In this document: positions 24,718 to 39,637 of the stretch, piece after piece
Numbering within the stretch: the first letter of the stretch is position 1
Layout of the letters: each line of letters starts with the position of its first letter
DNA from: Chlorokybus atmophyticus
Taxonomy: Eukaryota > Plantae > Mesostigma and Chlorokybus algae
Direction of reading: 5' to 3'
Assembly: GCA_009103225.1 (NCBI GenBank)
Contig: RHPI01000193.1
Coordinates: forward strand, 688,386 to 752,385
Length of the DNA stretch: 64,000 nt
Notes under the pieces: model-generated
Databases searched by the model: none
The model's input: only the letters and a program-made list of their open reading frames with translations
Told to the model about the DNA's origin: nothing
Made by a program: the position numbers and the translations under genes

Positions 24718-27336
24718 ATGGCTATTAGGGGGTGCTGGGCAGGCAGGCAGAGGTCAGTGTTGTCGTCGGCGTCGTCGGCGTCGGGGTTGTCGTCCTCATC
24801 GTCTGTGCAAAGGGAGGGAGGCGGTGTCCTATGCTTCCCCTCGCGGGGCTCAGCGAAGAGGCAGGCGCGATCAGCTGTGACGAACCCCCCGAGGTGCTGT
24901 AACACCGGCGCTGAAGAGCGCGTTGTGCTGAGGGCTTCTTCATCCAAGGTGAAGGCAGGCGGGCACTACAGGCTTGAGCGGGAGCAGCAGCTGCAAGCAG
25001 TGTCGCACAAGCGGCGCCAGCATACCAACAACATGACGGCTAGCAGCAACCAGAACCAAAGCAGCACCAGCAACTCTGTCCTCACTGCCCACTCCATGGA
25101 CCTCAGCAAATACGGCATACGCTGCAAAAATGTCATGCGCAACCCCTGCGCTGGGAGGTGAGCCCGACTTGCACTGGTGCAATGTGTTGATGTTAGCCTG
25201 TTACTGTCTTGGCTATTGTGAGATTGAGGTGCTCGAGCAGATTTGCTTATGTTTTGCCTGTTTTCTGCAGCTTGTTAGTATAATTTTCGCATCGAGTCTT
25301 TGCTAGGTTGTGGTGCAATCTTTGTCATTATTGTACTCTGGGTTCAGTGTGGTAGAGATTGTCAGCTACTGAGCTTGGGTCTGACTTCACTGGTTGCTAG
25401 ACTGTACGAGGATGCGCTGCGCTACGATGGTGCCAGCGTCACCTCTACTGGAGCCTTGGCAACACTGTCATTTGCAAAGACTGGACGCAGTCCCAAGGAC
25501 AAGCGCATTGTTGATCACCCCGAGAGCCACGACGACATCTGGTAAGTTGTAGTCAGGAGCTGACGCCAGCTTATCAGGTCTCTGCAGCCCCATGTTGTCC
25601 TGCAAGTATTGGAACCAAGTGCTCACAGCACTTGGCTTGTGCAGGTGGGGGAATGTCAACATTCCGCTTGGCGATGAGTCTTTCCAAGTGAACAAGCGCA
25701 GGGCTTGTGACTACCTTAGCGTTTGCGAGAGGGTGTACGTTATCGATGGCTATGGCGGGTGGGATCCTGCCTACCGCGTCAAGGTACTGCGGCGGTACCC
25801 AGCAAATTATTTTGCTGGTGTGTAGTGAAGGTTGTGCTTACAGCCTCGCTTGCAGGTCCGCGTCATCTCCTCGCGGCCGTACCACGCGCTCTTCATGCAG
25901 AACATGATGATTCGTCCAAACCACCAAGAACTAATGGAGGACTTCTCGACTGTAGATTACGTGATCTACAATGCTGGCGAATTCTTCGCGGATCCCAGCA
26001 CCCCTGGCATGACCTCGGAAACCAGTGTCGCACTCAACTTGGAGGCTGGCGAGCTGGTCATCCTTGGCACACAGTACGCCGGGGAGATGAAGAAGGGCCT
26101 CTTTACGATCATGAACTACCTGATGCCCAAGTATGGTGTGCTTTCTATGCACGCCTCCGCCAATGAAGATCCCAACACCAAGGACATCGCTGTTTTCTTT
26201 GGTCTGTCTGGCACTGGCAAGACCACTCTGTCTGCCGATCCTCGCCGCATGCTGATCGGTGATGATGAGATCTGCTGGACGGACACTGGCGTCTTCAACA
26301 TCGAGGGCGGGTATGAAAGCGTTGTATAGTGAACTAGTTTGTTATCGCTGCTGTGCCATGTGCTGAACCAAATGTTGCGGTGCTGTGACAGATGTTATGC
26401 CAAGTGCATAGACCTGTCCGCTGAGAAGGAGCCTGAGATATTTGGAGCTGTGAAGTTTGGCACTGTTGTGGAGAATACTGTTCAAGATCCAGACACTGGT
26501 ATGACAGACTACCACGATACGTCCATCACTGAGAATACCAGGGCCAGCTATCCCATAGAGTTCATCCCCAATGCCAAGATTCCCTGCATTGGCGGTCACC
26601 CCAAGTAAGCAGTGCTTGCAGCGCGCATTTGCCTGCACTGTGTTGGAACGACACCTGATATTGACTTTACTGCAGGAACGTTGTCTTCCTGGCTTGTGAT
26701 GCCTTTGGTGTGTTGCCGCCTATCAGCAAGTTGACGGCAGAGCAGGCCATGTACCACTTTATCAGTGGCTACAGTGCCAAGGTTGCTGGCACAGAGGTCG
26801 GCGTCACTGAGCCCACTGCCACCTTCTCAGCATGCTTCGGTGCCCCCTTCATGGTCTGGCATCCAGCTGTGTATGCTGAGCTGCTTGCGAAGAAGATGAA
26901 GTTCCATGGTGCCAAGGCCTGGCTGGTGAACACTGGTTGGAGTGGTGGCTCCTATGGTGTTGGCTCGCGCATGAAGCTGGGCTACACGCGCGCCATTGTC
27001 AACGCCATCCATGCCGGTCTGCTGGATGATGTCGAGACTGTCATAGACCCTGTCTTTGGCGTGGAGGTGCCCACTTCCTGCCCTGGGGTCCCATCGGAGG
27101 TTCTCATTCCCCGCAATGCCTGGAAGGACAAGTCCGAGTACCAGCTGACTGCCACCAAGCTGGCCCGTCTGTTCATTGAGAACTTCCAGCAGTTCGCTGA
27201 AGGAGCCAGCTCCGCAGTGCGAGCGGCTGGGCCCAAGGCAGTACTGGAGAGCACATCTCCAAAGGACATCACCATCCCCAAGAAGTATTATGGCAGCCCG
27301 GTTCAGAAACCCATCCACGTCCGCGCTGCTGCGTGA
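24718..27336 (+). CDS. PCK: Phosphoenolpyruvate carboxykinase (ATP), 6 exons, long N-terminal extension
   Basis: Exons 24718-25157, 25401-25541, 25645-25783, 25856-26310, 26392-26604 and 26676-27336. Motifs [24 protein letters not shown]-loop [54 protein letters not shown]. Confidence 0.96.
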
Positions 27337-27802
27337 ACCCCCAAGCTCCTGGGGAATGTATGTTTGCGCATGCAAGGAGCAGTTGCCGCGCACGTTTAGA
27401 GAGCCTCAATTTTTTGCCCACAGCCTTCAGCTGTGTCTACCATAGGAAGTGTAGTCGCCCAGTGTCACACTATGCTACACTAGTTAGTGCCGTTAGTGCT
27501 GCGCTAGGGTAAGCCCCTAGTTTGTGCATTCTAAACCTTGTTAGCACAGCTGGACTAGATAACTAGTTGCTGTTGCTTTGCATGCTGTGCAGCATGCAGT
27601 ACTTTGATTGTTGGTGGTACTGCAATGCTGTTGATGTCTCAATCAATGCGGTCAACAACTTGGTAACCGAGTAGGGTAGTAGACATGCCATACAACACAA
27701 GTGCCGCAGCAAACAAACACTACTACCAGTAGGTAGATGCGCAGTGATTGTGCAGACAGTATTCATCATATGCAAGCGTTGCAACGAAGTGTACGAACAA
27801 TT

Positions 27803-27950
27803 ACTGTAAGCGTAGTAACTCTAAGTAGAGACAACTAACTCAAAAAGTTGGCATTAACACTGCTGGGGGAGAATCTTGTATACTGTAAGCGTAGTAACTT
27901 TGAGTAGAGACAACTGACTCGATTCAAAAGTTGGCAGTGTTACTGCTGGG
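27803..27950. repeat. Imperfect tandem duplication, about 79-bp unit x2
   Basis: actgtaagcgtagtaact..agtagagacaact..aaaagttggca..actgctggg starts at both 27803 and 27882. Confidence 0.75.
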
Positions 27951-28625
27951 CGAACTTTGTATGCTTTGCATCACTAGAAGTTTGTACTGGGTGAAGTGTG
28001 TGGCAAATTGAATTTCCTTGCAACCTCATGAAGCGCGCGTAGGTGTTTTGCATCATACCCTCTTCTGTACACTAACATGATAGTCACATCAACACTGTAA
28101 TGTCGTGCAGATGCTGTCGCTGCCTGGTTGGTGATCCTTAGCCAATACACCTCGACAACTGTTGCTGATGCCCTGCCAGTGCTGTTGCAACAGCATCGCT
28201 CAGATAGTCAGTTTGCCCTGATTGTAGGCAATAAGCCAGCCACTTCGGCAAATGCCTTCCTCACAATGTTGATAGCGCTGCATATCATCTGTCCACAGGC
28301 TTACGCAAGAAGAACACTCCAGCTCAAAACGCAAAAAAAAAGTGCAAGTTCTGTACCTGCTTGGCCAACACTGTACACGCAGCGTTGTGTTGTTGTTCCA
28401 CATCTGACCTACACTGTACACGATCTATCATATCAACAAACGTACTCAAACACATTATGAAAACACGCTATCGTCGTCTCTCAACGAGCCGGTGTCCTCC
28501 ACCGGTACAACGATAACAACGTCATCTTCACGCGCGCCAGGCAATTTGAACAACCGCCTGTGTCCAAAAGAAAACAACAGTCAGCACATACAACTGAAGA
28601 CAATGGCTTTGCTCCACTGGTCCAC

Positions 28626-31485
28626 TTACTTGATGCTATCCCATGTTTCTGAACAATCGCTGTCTTCATAAATCTGCAGCGCTTTTTGCATCAGCGCCGG
28701 GGAACTGAGCTGCTTTATACGAGCCCTGCGTGAATTCATGTAAGTGCATGCACGTGCATGTGTTTGCATGCACGAGTGTGTCTGCGTGCGTGTGTGCGTG
28801 GGCGTGCGCACATGCAAGCACGAATGTGCGCATGCGTTCTTGTTCATGTGAGCTTATGACTGCGTATGCATGTGCGTGAGCGCGTGTGTGCACGTGTGAG
28901 CACAAACATGTAAGGTATATGTGCATGCATATGTGCGCATGGCTCTGTGTGCCCACACATGCGCACATATGCATGCACATACACCTTACCATCAATGTCT
29001 CCTCATCCACCAAAGGTCCACTTACTCGTTGCTCGGGTGAGTGCTGAGGAAGTCCGGCATGTGGCCCCCGCCCGTCACTGCCCTCGACACCTTATCCAGC
29101 TTCACGAACACGTGCGGCGCCACGCGCGGGTCGTAACACGCCGCCGCCATCACTTGCACGCCGATCGCGTCCGCCTCCAACTCGCACCTTACGGCAATCA
29201 CCATGTAACGCATTGAGTGTAGGAAAGCCACTGTTATTGCCTTGAGCAACGGCAGAGTGTTGAGTGTCTACAATAGTGCGATACAGTGTAGCAAACTACA
29301 TATAGCTTCTGCTAAAGTCTCTTCATACGATCGGTGTGTTTGAGAATGATACATGGCAACAACAGACTCAACTATACAAGGTAACAAGGGATGTGATTAC
29401 GTGTGCGTCTCCGTTCTCCAAGTACAGTGCATTGAACTATTACATAGCACACTCTAGCATGCTGTTGGACGGCATGATACAATTGTGCATGGCAGCAAAG
29501 GGCTTACTGGCGTGAGAAGCGGAGTGAGCCAATGACGCCGAGCGTGTAGAGGTCAATGCCAAACACGACCCATATGAGCATGGAGAGGCCCGTTAGAAGG
29601 ATCCGCCACGAGGCGATCTCCACGTTGTGCCGCGCGATCACATGGGCCACCTGGAGTATGACATAGGGGCATTGATGTGATATACTTGTTGTGCTTGTGC
29701 TAACATTAACGCAAGTGCAATCCCCTCTTCCCCCCCCCCCCTCTCACTCTCACTGTGTCTCAACCGTGCCTTGCCTCGTGTGACATGATTGTCGCCAGCT
29801 CGTCATCCTCGGGAAAAACTTTGATCAGGCCGGTGAAGCAGCAGATCTGCGTTGCACACGTTCATGTATTTGTGAGTGCGCGCGTGCGCGGACGCATGCG
29901 ACGTAGAACCAATCAAGCTAGCCGGAAAAAAACAGTTCGCTGACATACCTTTCCACCAGGCAGGGCGAATGCGTTGATGACCGGCGAGTCCACAACAACA
30001 AATTCCCACTCCTGACACACCACTACATAACATCAACACACGCGTGCGTGCGCACGTGAGACATATGGCCGTGTGTACACATACCAGATTGCGCATGTGT
30101 GGCGGTACGGGCACATCACCCGCCCCCTTGCCTGTAGTGGCGGCCTGCGTGTAATGACATGAGATGGGTGCTAGCAGCAATGATGTCGCTCGCTCACCCA
30201 CATTATGACCCACCTTGGCTATGCGGGTCCCTATCACCGCCACACGCTTCGTCCACGGGTGTCCCGCCGGCAACAACGGCCCCATCTTGCCCGATTTGAC
30301 CTGCACAAAACCCAACACTTGTCACACATCCCACCTCGCTCACACTTGCGTGCATATACTCACACGCACGCACATACGCTCGTGCAAGTGCATGCGTCCA
30401 CACGTACACACACACGCACATACGCACGCAAGCATGCCCACCTACCCAACCACCCACAAACACGCGCACGCAAGCACGTGCGTACGCATACACACAAGGT
30501 CACGTACCCACGCACGCATGCACGCAGAGACGCACATTCTCTTTCACTCGCACACACTCCCACACTCACATTCATCTCCCACTCGTGCTGCGCCAGCTTG
30601 ACGTCCGTCTCCGGTCTGAACGCGACGAAGTGCTTGCGTCCCGTGTACGGCACGGGCTCCAGGTGCGTGTAGTAGTAGATGCCGCTGCCGGTCACGACCA
30701 CACCGAGGGTGATCAACGTGCGACGCATGCGCTCATCGCCCTGCAGACAGTAGTAGTGAGTTACTGCATGCTTGTACTTCTACACGTATGCTTTGCATAC
30801 ATGCAGATCCTACTTGCGTATACCAAGATGCGTATGCGCATTCTAATCAGCAAACATACATGTATATTTCTGTATACAGCGTGCATAAGCTGCCTTGTAC
30901 CAAGTGGCTCACAAGCGAGCTAAGTGAATGACTTGTATGAACATCGGAAGCTTCTTGCAACGTGTAGCTGCTATACTGTTTACGTGTTCTTGCATGGAGC
31001 GCATGCATACTCTTGCATGCGATCCATGCAAGAGTATGCATGCATGCATTCGCTTGCATGCATCGCATGCAACGCTGTGGGATTTTACTATACAACAACC
31101 GACACACACTCACGCCGGAGCCTTTACTGAAGTGTGTGTATCCTCTAGCGTCGGTATATTTACGCCTGATCTGGCTGCCAGGAACCCAGTTGGCGCCAGG
31201 CCAGAAGTGTCGGCGCAGCCTGACCGTGCCTCCCACCAGGCCGAAGTCCGTGCCATACTGCTCCCTCAGCACCGCCCTGACGGTGTTCTTGGGGTGGACA
31301 AGGGAGGTCAACACCTGGCAACGCCTAACGGAGGCGGCAGCGGCGGCAGCGGCGGCGGAGGAGGAGGAGAGGTGGTTGGCGGCGCCTGCCTGCGATGCCT
31401 CTGTGCCAAATACCCGCCGCAAGCTGGCGCTAGAGGCAAAGTTTGAGACCAGCTGGCCGAGACGCCCGCGGGCCGGCGCCGCCAT
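28626..31485 (-). CDS. M48 zinc metallopeptidase, OMA1-like (mitochondrial presequence-like N-terminus)
   Basis: Exons encode MAAPARGRLGQLVSNFASSASLRR.., LEPVPYTGRKHFV, WEFVVVDSPVINAFALPGGK, CFTGLI..DDELATIMSHE|VAHVIARH (HExxH), FSRQCELEADAIG, FLSTHPSNE, ARIKQL..SIK*. Confidence 0.9.
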
Positions 31486-31642
31486 GATGCTGGGCCGGCC
31501 TGGCCTGGCCTGGCGTTAACGCCCAGGCTAGAGTCTGGCCTGGGTGCCTTTCAGTCCAAAAATGCAGTAAACAAGAAAGAGGGTCACCGCATCCCAGCGC
31601 TAACAAAATATAATATATAACTTACCACCGTTAAGCCACGCT

Positions 31643-31714
31643 GGTTCCATGATCTAGTGGTTATGATGTCAGACTCTGAATCTGAATGCCCGAGTTCAAA
31701 CCTCGGTGGAACCT
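31643..31714 (+). tRNA. tRNA-Gln (anticodon CTG)
   Basis: GGTTCCATGATCTAGTGGTTATGATGTCAGACTCTGAATCTGAATGCCCGAGTTCAAACCTCGGTGGAACCT: acceptor stem GGTTCCA/TGGAACC, A-box TAGTGG, anticodon stem TCAGA/TCTGA with loop CT-CTG-AA, B-box GTTCAAA. Confidence 0.95.
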
Positions 31715-31810
31715 TGGAGATCATGCCCTCAAGATGAGGGTGCACACCTGATGCGGCTTTTGCTCTTGATGCTGGCAAGCCTTTACTTATTTCTTAGCAC
31801 ATTGTCCGCA

Positions 31811-32465
31811 CGTTGGGTGGCAACTTGCTTCTCGGCTTTCGGTTCACATTATCCAGAGCACATTATGAACGACAATGTTATGCCAACATGGCAGTGTCAA
31901 GTGCTTGTCAAGTTAACCAAAAAAGCACAAACAACACGTGCTACAATAAGCCGTAATTGATAAATGTTGATAAATGACGCAATTTCCTAACCACCTGTAT
32001 AGCGTGGATCTGAGGCATTATCACTTGAGATATTGACTTTTATCTATTACAATTAACATGCTTTATGATGTATGCAAGACAATGGCCACAACATCATATT
32101 ATGATGCCGTGTGAATGCTAAGCAAAACCCACATGTTTATTGGGTTCGTTGGGTGGCAACTTGCTTCTCGGCTTGCAATTCACATTATTCAAAGCACATT
32201 ATGAATGACAATGTTATACCAACATGGCAATGTCAAGTGCTTGTCAAGTCAACCAAAAAAACACAAGCAACACGTGCCACATGATAAGCCGTATTATAAA
32301 TGTTAGCAAATGGCGAGCAATTTCATAACCACTTGTATAGCGTGGATTTGCGGCATAATGAATTGAATCTATTACGATGACCATGCTTTATAATGTATAC
32401 AAGACAATAGCCACAATGACATCATATCATGATGCCGTGTAAATGCTGAGCAAAACCCATATGTT
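31811..32465. repeat. Tandem duplication, about 336-bp unit x2
   Basis: cgttgggtggcaacttgcttctcggct.. starts at 31811 and 32147. The units are colinear through ..gatgccgtgt(g/a)aatgct(a/g)agcaaaaccca. Confidence 0.9.
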
Positions 32466-32628
32466 CATTATAACATTATTTTGTATTATGTTGTGTTGCA
32501 AGTTTGCTTCCATGCATGATTGTGACATGATGTGCACTACATCATGTACAAAAATGCATGGAAGCAAACTTGCAACACAACATAATGTTATAATGAACAT
32601 ATGGGTTTTGCTCAGCATTTACACGGCA
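32433..32628. repeat. Long inverted repeat / hairpin
   Basis: Arms 32433-32517 and 32554-32628 give 75 paired bases, with one 10-nt bulge in the left arm and a 36-nt spacer. Confidence 0.92.
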
Positions 32629-33348
32629 CGGTGTGCACTACATCATGTACAAAAATGCCTTGCTGTCCATGCTAGTGAGTGCTTGCATGCGTACTTGCAT
32701 GCTCCGGCCCATATAAAAAGCCTATATACACAACGCTGTAGGGTAATTACATATCCCCCTTGTATAGATGAATGTTTTCGTGCATTCCCCAACGTTGCTA
32801 ATCAAGCTGTACTGATGTCGAGAGCATCCGTTGAGTACAACACACGCATATATCGCATTACGCTTGAGTTATAATGCAGTGGAGAGCGATGTCTAGAGGG
32901 CCCGACTCTGCGCAGTTGCAACCACCTTAAAATGTGCAATGCTTGTGTTAACAAGGATTTCACTATGCCTTGGTAGGATTGAATATGCTGGTAGTGACAC
33001 ATCTGACGATGACATCACCAATATACCTGGCCTCTTGAGTAATTGTGCTCGCTGATGCGGTGGGTATGTGCTTCTGAATGACTAGCTTGGCCTCATTGCA
33101 TAACAAGAGCTCCACCAACTGACATGCACAAGTGCAGTGGTTACGCAAAACCACTTTTGCAAATGACACAGTGCAAGAATTCTGGATGCAGCCTGCGGCA
33201 TGTTACAATCACCATGTAGTGACCTGACTTCCTAAGTAATGCCAGAGGGTTGCAACTGGACAAACAGTCTGTACATCAACCAATATGGTTACAGCAGTGT
33301 ACTGCCACATGTCATGCTTACATATATATTCAGCTCAAACGCACTTCA

Positions 33349-35907
33349 TCAGTTTGACACCATCGTCTCCGTCTGCTTGGTGAATGTATCGCCCGACCAG
33401 TCCTTGTCGTTGGCCAGACCAACGCGGTTCTTCCGCTTCTCGTCGATGGCCTTGCGTTGGCGCGCTACGAGATCCGTGTGCGTTGTAAAGTAGGGCAATG
33501 AAGTCCCACGGAAGGCGTCAAGCGAGTCAAAACCATGATGTTGCATGAATGCCTGTACCGAAGGTGAGGGTGAGCAGCATGTGCATTGCATGAGCGACAA
33601 TGATGCGTGTGCTAGTAATGTGCATGTGATACATTGCAGCATCGTACCTGAAGGCCACCACAAAGACGCTTTACAAGAGGGTAACCGTGCATCATGACAC
33701 CTGTACACACCTGTTGAAGGACACACGAACAGTATTAAACCGAGATTGTTGCCATGACACCACACTGAAAGAGCGACGCTTTAGTGAACAACTTGCTACC
33801 TGCACTGTGTGTGATCCCAACAATATGAACTCAGCTGCATGCCCGCCAGTCTCTACACCGCCAATGCCAGACACAGACCGCCCTTCACCAGGATAACTAT
33901 CCTCAATCATGCGGGATATGGCCATCACCCGGGCCAGAGCTATCGGTCGAACAGCTTTGCTCGAGTAACCACCCGGCGTGCTGTATCCTTCTACTGAGGG
34001 CTCGGGCCTCAGCGTATCTATAAAAAGAAGCCACAGATAGAGTCAGGTGGCTTTGTGTCTAACATAGCAATCATGTAAATGTCAGTATTTAGCAGTCTCT
34101 ATCAGTTCTTACCAAGGTTGATGCCCATGACACTTGTGATTGTGTTAATGGCAGACACGCCTTCGCAGCCCGCCTGTTAAGGTTTGTGTAAGCAACCACG
34201 TCAAGCGCCTATTGGCATGCCAGCACGAGCATTTGACTCACAACACAACACAACCAGCGCATACCCTCAAGGCCGATTTTGCTGGCAGGGTTATATCTGT
34301 GACGTTGGGCGTCATTTTTGCCCAGACAGGGACTGTGGCAACATTATTGATCCAACCACAAACTTCCTCAAGGAGATCACAGTCTTGCCCCATTGCCATA
34401 CCCATGCGTCGTTCAGGCATCCCTGCATCGCACAGGGCAGTTCATGCATGTAGGATACATGCGTACAGGGAAAAAACACTCAACAGGAAGCAGAGCCAAC
34501 ATGTACCATGTGGACATGAGAAGTTGATTTCAAAGGCATCTATGCCAGTCTCCTCGCAGCGGCCGATCAGCTCCTCCCAAGCATTGCGGTTGTACTCCTC
34601 CATGATGCTCGCAATCAGGATGCGATCTGGGTACTCCTCCTTCAACTGCCTAGCGCAGACAAGCGTACACATTATGTGTGATGCGTGCATCATGCACACA
34701 TGATGCACGCATCACCCTTGTACTTGAATCCAGGGTGTCTGTGGTTTGTGCCTCACAACCACATACCGAAATTCGCTAAGCATGGTTTCCAACGGTCGAT
34801 CGCTTATGAGCTCAATGTTCTCCCAGCCTATAACCTGCAAACCAAAAACATTTCCTGAAAACAATGCCGCTACAGTTTCTTGACAAATCTGTTGTGAAAC
34901 CAACTTCTTCATGACATTATATCAACAACATCTGCAAAAACATCTACCTCGCGCGAGTTGTTGCTGGCTTTGAGGCGTGCGTAGCGTGGAGTGACATTCA
35001 CCACCTTTGATGAATCCAGACTCACTGTCTTCGCAATGACCGCACCCCACCCCTCATCAAAGGCCTTTTTCATCACCACTCGGTTCGTGCCTGCATGGCA
35101 TACACAAAGTAAGTTGCCCTGTGATGATGTTCGCAATGAGAATACAGTTGACATGAATTAAAGATGAGTAGGTGTAAAGCAGTCTGGCCCCTTCGCAAAC
35201 TTCAGACCTTACTTGCTTACTTCTTGCTTCTATGACAGAAACTGACACAGCATGCAAACTCAACACTCAGAGCACATGCCTTGTAACAGATTGTCGCACG
35301 CACACATGCGCGCGCACATGAATGCACACACCGGGACGCTCGACGCCGATACCATACATAATGCTAACCACATTTTGGTACATGCGGATGCAATTCAGCG
35401 CAATGTAAGCCTATCGACAACAAAACAAAGCAACGCATGTGTGCCGAGTTGTATGCTTCAATCACAGCTTAACGAACGAAAGGAGTACGTGACAATTGTA
35501 CATAAGACATACCAGATCGCACACAGTGCAGCTAAGTTTGTGGGCTGCATTGCATACACACTGCGCCATATAGGACCAGCAGCTTTGTCAAGCAGGCACA
35601 AGCACTGACCAGGGGGACCAGATCCAATGACGAAGGGGTTGGGGAGGCGGAGGCCATTAACAGTGACGCTGAGGTCCGGTCCCGAAGCCGCCTTGCCATT
35701 AACAAGATCCGCCTCCGCCGCATTGTATCCAACGCCGTCCTCGCCGTCGCCGGACCCCAGCGCAGCGATAACACCTCTCCTCTGGCTCACTCCTCCGCCG
35801 CCACCTCGCCGCAAATTCAGCCTGCTGCTCCTACTCCTCCTACCCCTCCCCAGCTCACACCCCACCACCGACCCCGCCAACGACACCGCCGCCGACGCTG
35901 TCGCCAT
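33349..35907 (-). CDS. PYD1: Dihydropyrimidine dehydrogenase, plant PYD1 type, with plastid transit-peptide-like N-terminus
   Basis: MATASAAVSLAG..RRSRSSRLNLRR.. then PDLSVTVNGLRLPNPFVIGSGPP, GWGAVIAKTVSLD, IGWENIELISDRP, EINFSCPHGMPERRMG, WAKMTPNVTDIT, GGYSSKAVRPIAL, SGIGGVETG, FRGTSLPYFTTH..TETMVSN*. Confidence 0.94.
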
Positions 35908-36598
35908 CGCCGCTGACAACCACCGCAATGCTGACTTTACACTTTGCACACGTTGGCGTCAGCCTAACAAACTTTGCAATTTAGCAATGCCGACATCTTC
36001 GCACGCTAGCTTCTATGTCTTGGTTGGCGCAGATATCTCTGCTTGCTGACTGCCTCTGTTGGATCTCAGGTTGAGTCTTAACTTGGTTGTCACACTGATC
36101 GGAGGGTTACGGTGGGTTTTTTGTGAGTTCTGGCCGTTGGATTGACTGTGTCTGACGCTAACATCAGTTAGTGCTAGCCAAGTGCAGCCAACAGGCAGGC
36201 TGCAAGCTTGGCGGAGGAGGTGGAGGAGAAGGAGGACAAGGAGGAGGTGGACGAGGAGGAGGGGCGTTTGGTTTCTTGCGCTGTGCATTCAGGGCTTGTT
36301 TCACGGCATGGCAGTAGCTTAGGCTGCATAGCCTGATCTGCTTGTACGACTACTGTCTAGCATCGCACCTTGAAGTTGGTTGTGGCCTGGTGTGCTGCTG
36401 GCTTAGTGTGGTCTGGTCTGGTGTTGGCCTGATATCAGTGGCTACTGGTGAAGCCATTCCCGCCGCCGTTGCTCCTATGCGCATGCGTTGGGTTGACAGC
36501 ATGTGAGGGGCAGGCTGCCTTGGTTGTGATCTTAGAGGCTGCTTAGAGGACGAGAGAACAGTTTGGGGTTGAGCTTGAGTTCAGCTAGGGTTTTGGCC

Positions 36599-38953
<2,355 letters not shown>

Positions 38954-39637
38954 CCAAGTCCGCATGATTGGAGGCTCTATTTACCCTTGTATAGTTTTGC
39001 TGGTTGCTTGTGCATCGCTTCTTGCATTCCCTACTTTGTGTACAATAGTGTGTTTGTGCTGTGCTGCAGCTGGCAGCTTTAAAAGTGCGGCGATTTGGCT
39101 TTAAAATGTCAGATTGCCTTACCGTTGGCTATGTTGACATGTTGATTAACCGCTGCAGCTATGATGGTGATTCGTGTTAATGCAGCGCAGTTGCTTTGAC
39201 CAACTTGGAATGTCACTTGAGGCCATCAACCACTGTAATTGATACAGAATATTCTCTACTGTCAGTGAGTTGGCTTCCAGAAGAACCAGCCGAGATCATT
39301 GTACACCAAAGGGCAGTCGCAAGACTATGCAATTGCACTGCGCGTAGTGGGAAAGGCACAGCATATCGACCTCATCACGCAACATCATAAGTGAAGCCGT
39401 CCACCAGCTACATGCTTACGACAGGTACCACCACTGCATCCAGCAGGCATTGACAACTGCTAGCACATGCGTGTGCATGTGTCTTGGATCAGCAAAACAC
39501 TGCATCAACTGTAGTGTCCGGAAAGAAGTATCTGGCATTGCTGGCAGCCAACTGGAATGACACTAGCCATGTACACCAACAAAGATGCATACAATAACTA
39601 AAGATGTACAACGGATACAATCACCATAAGAGCGTGC

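Noticed and set aside
31822-31845. gcttctcggcttt resembling the 5' end of U2 snRNA
   Set aside because: The match stops after about 12 nt, there is no branch-site GTAGTA or Sm site, and it is part of the 336-bp tandem repeat.
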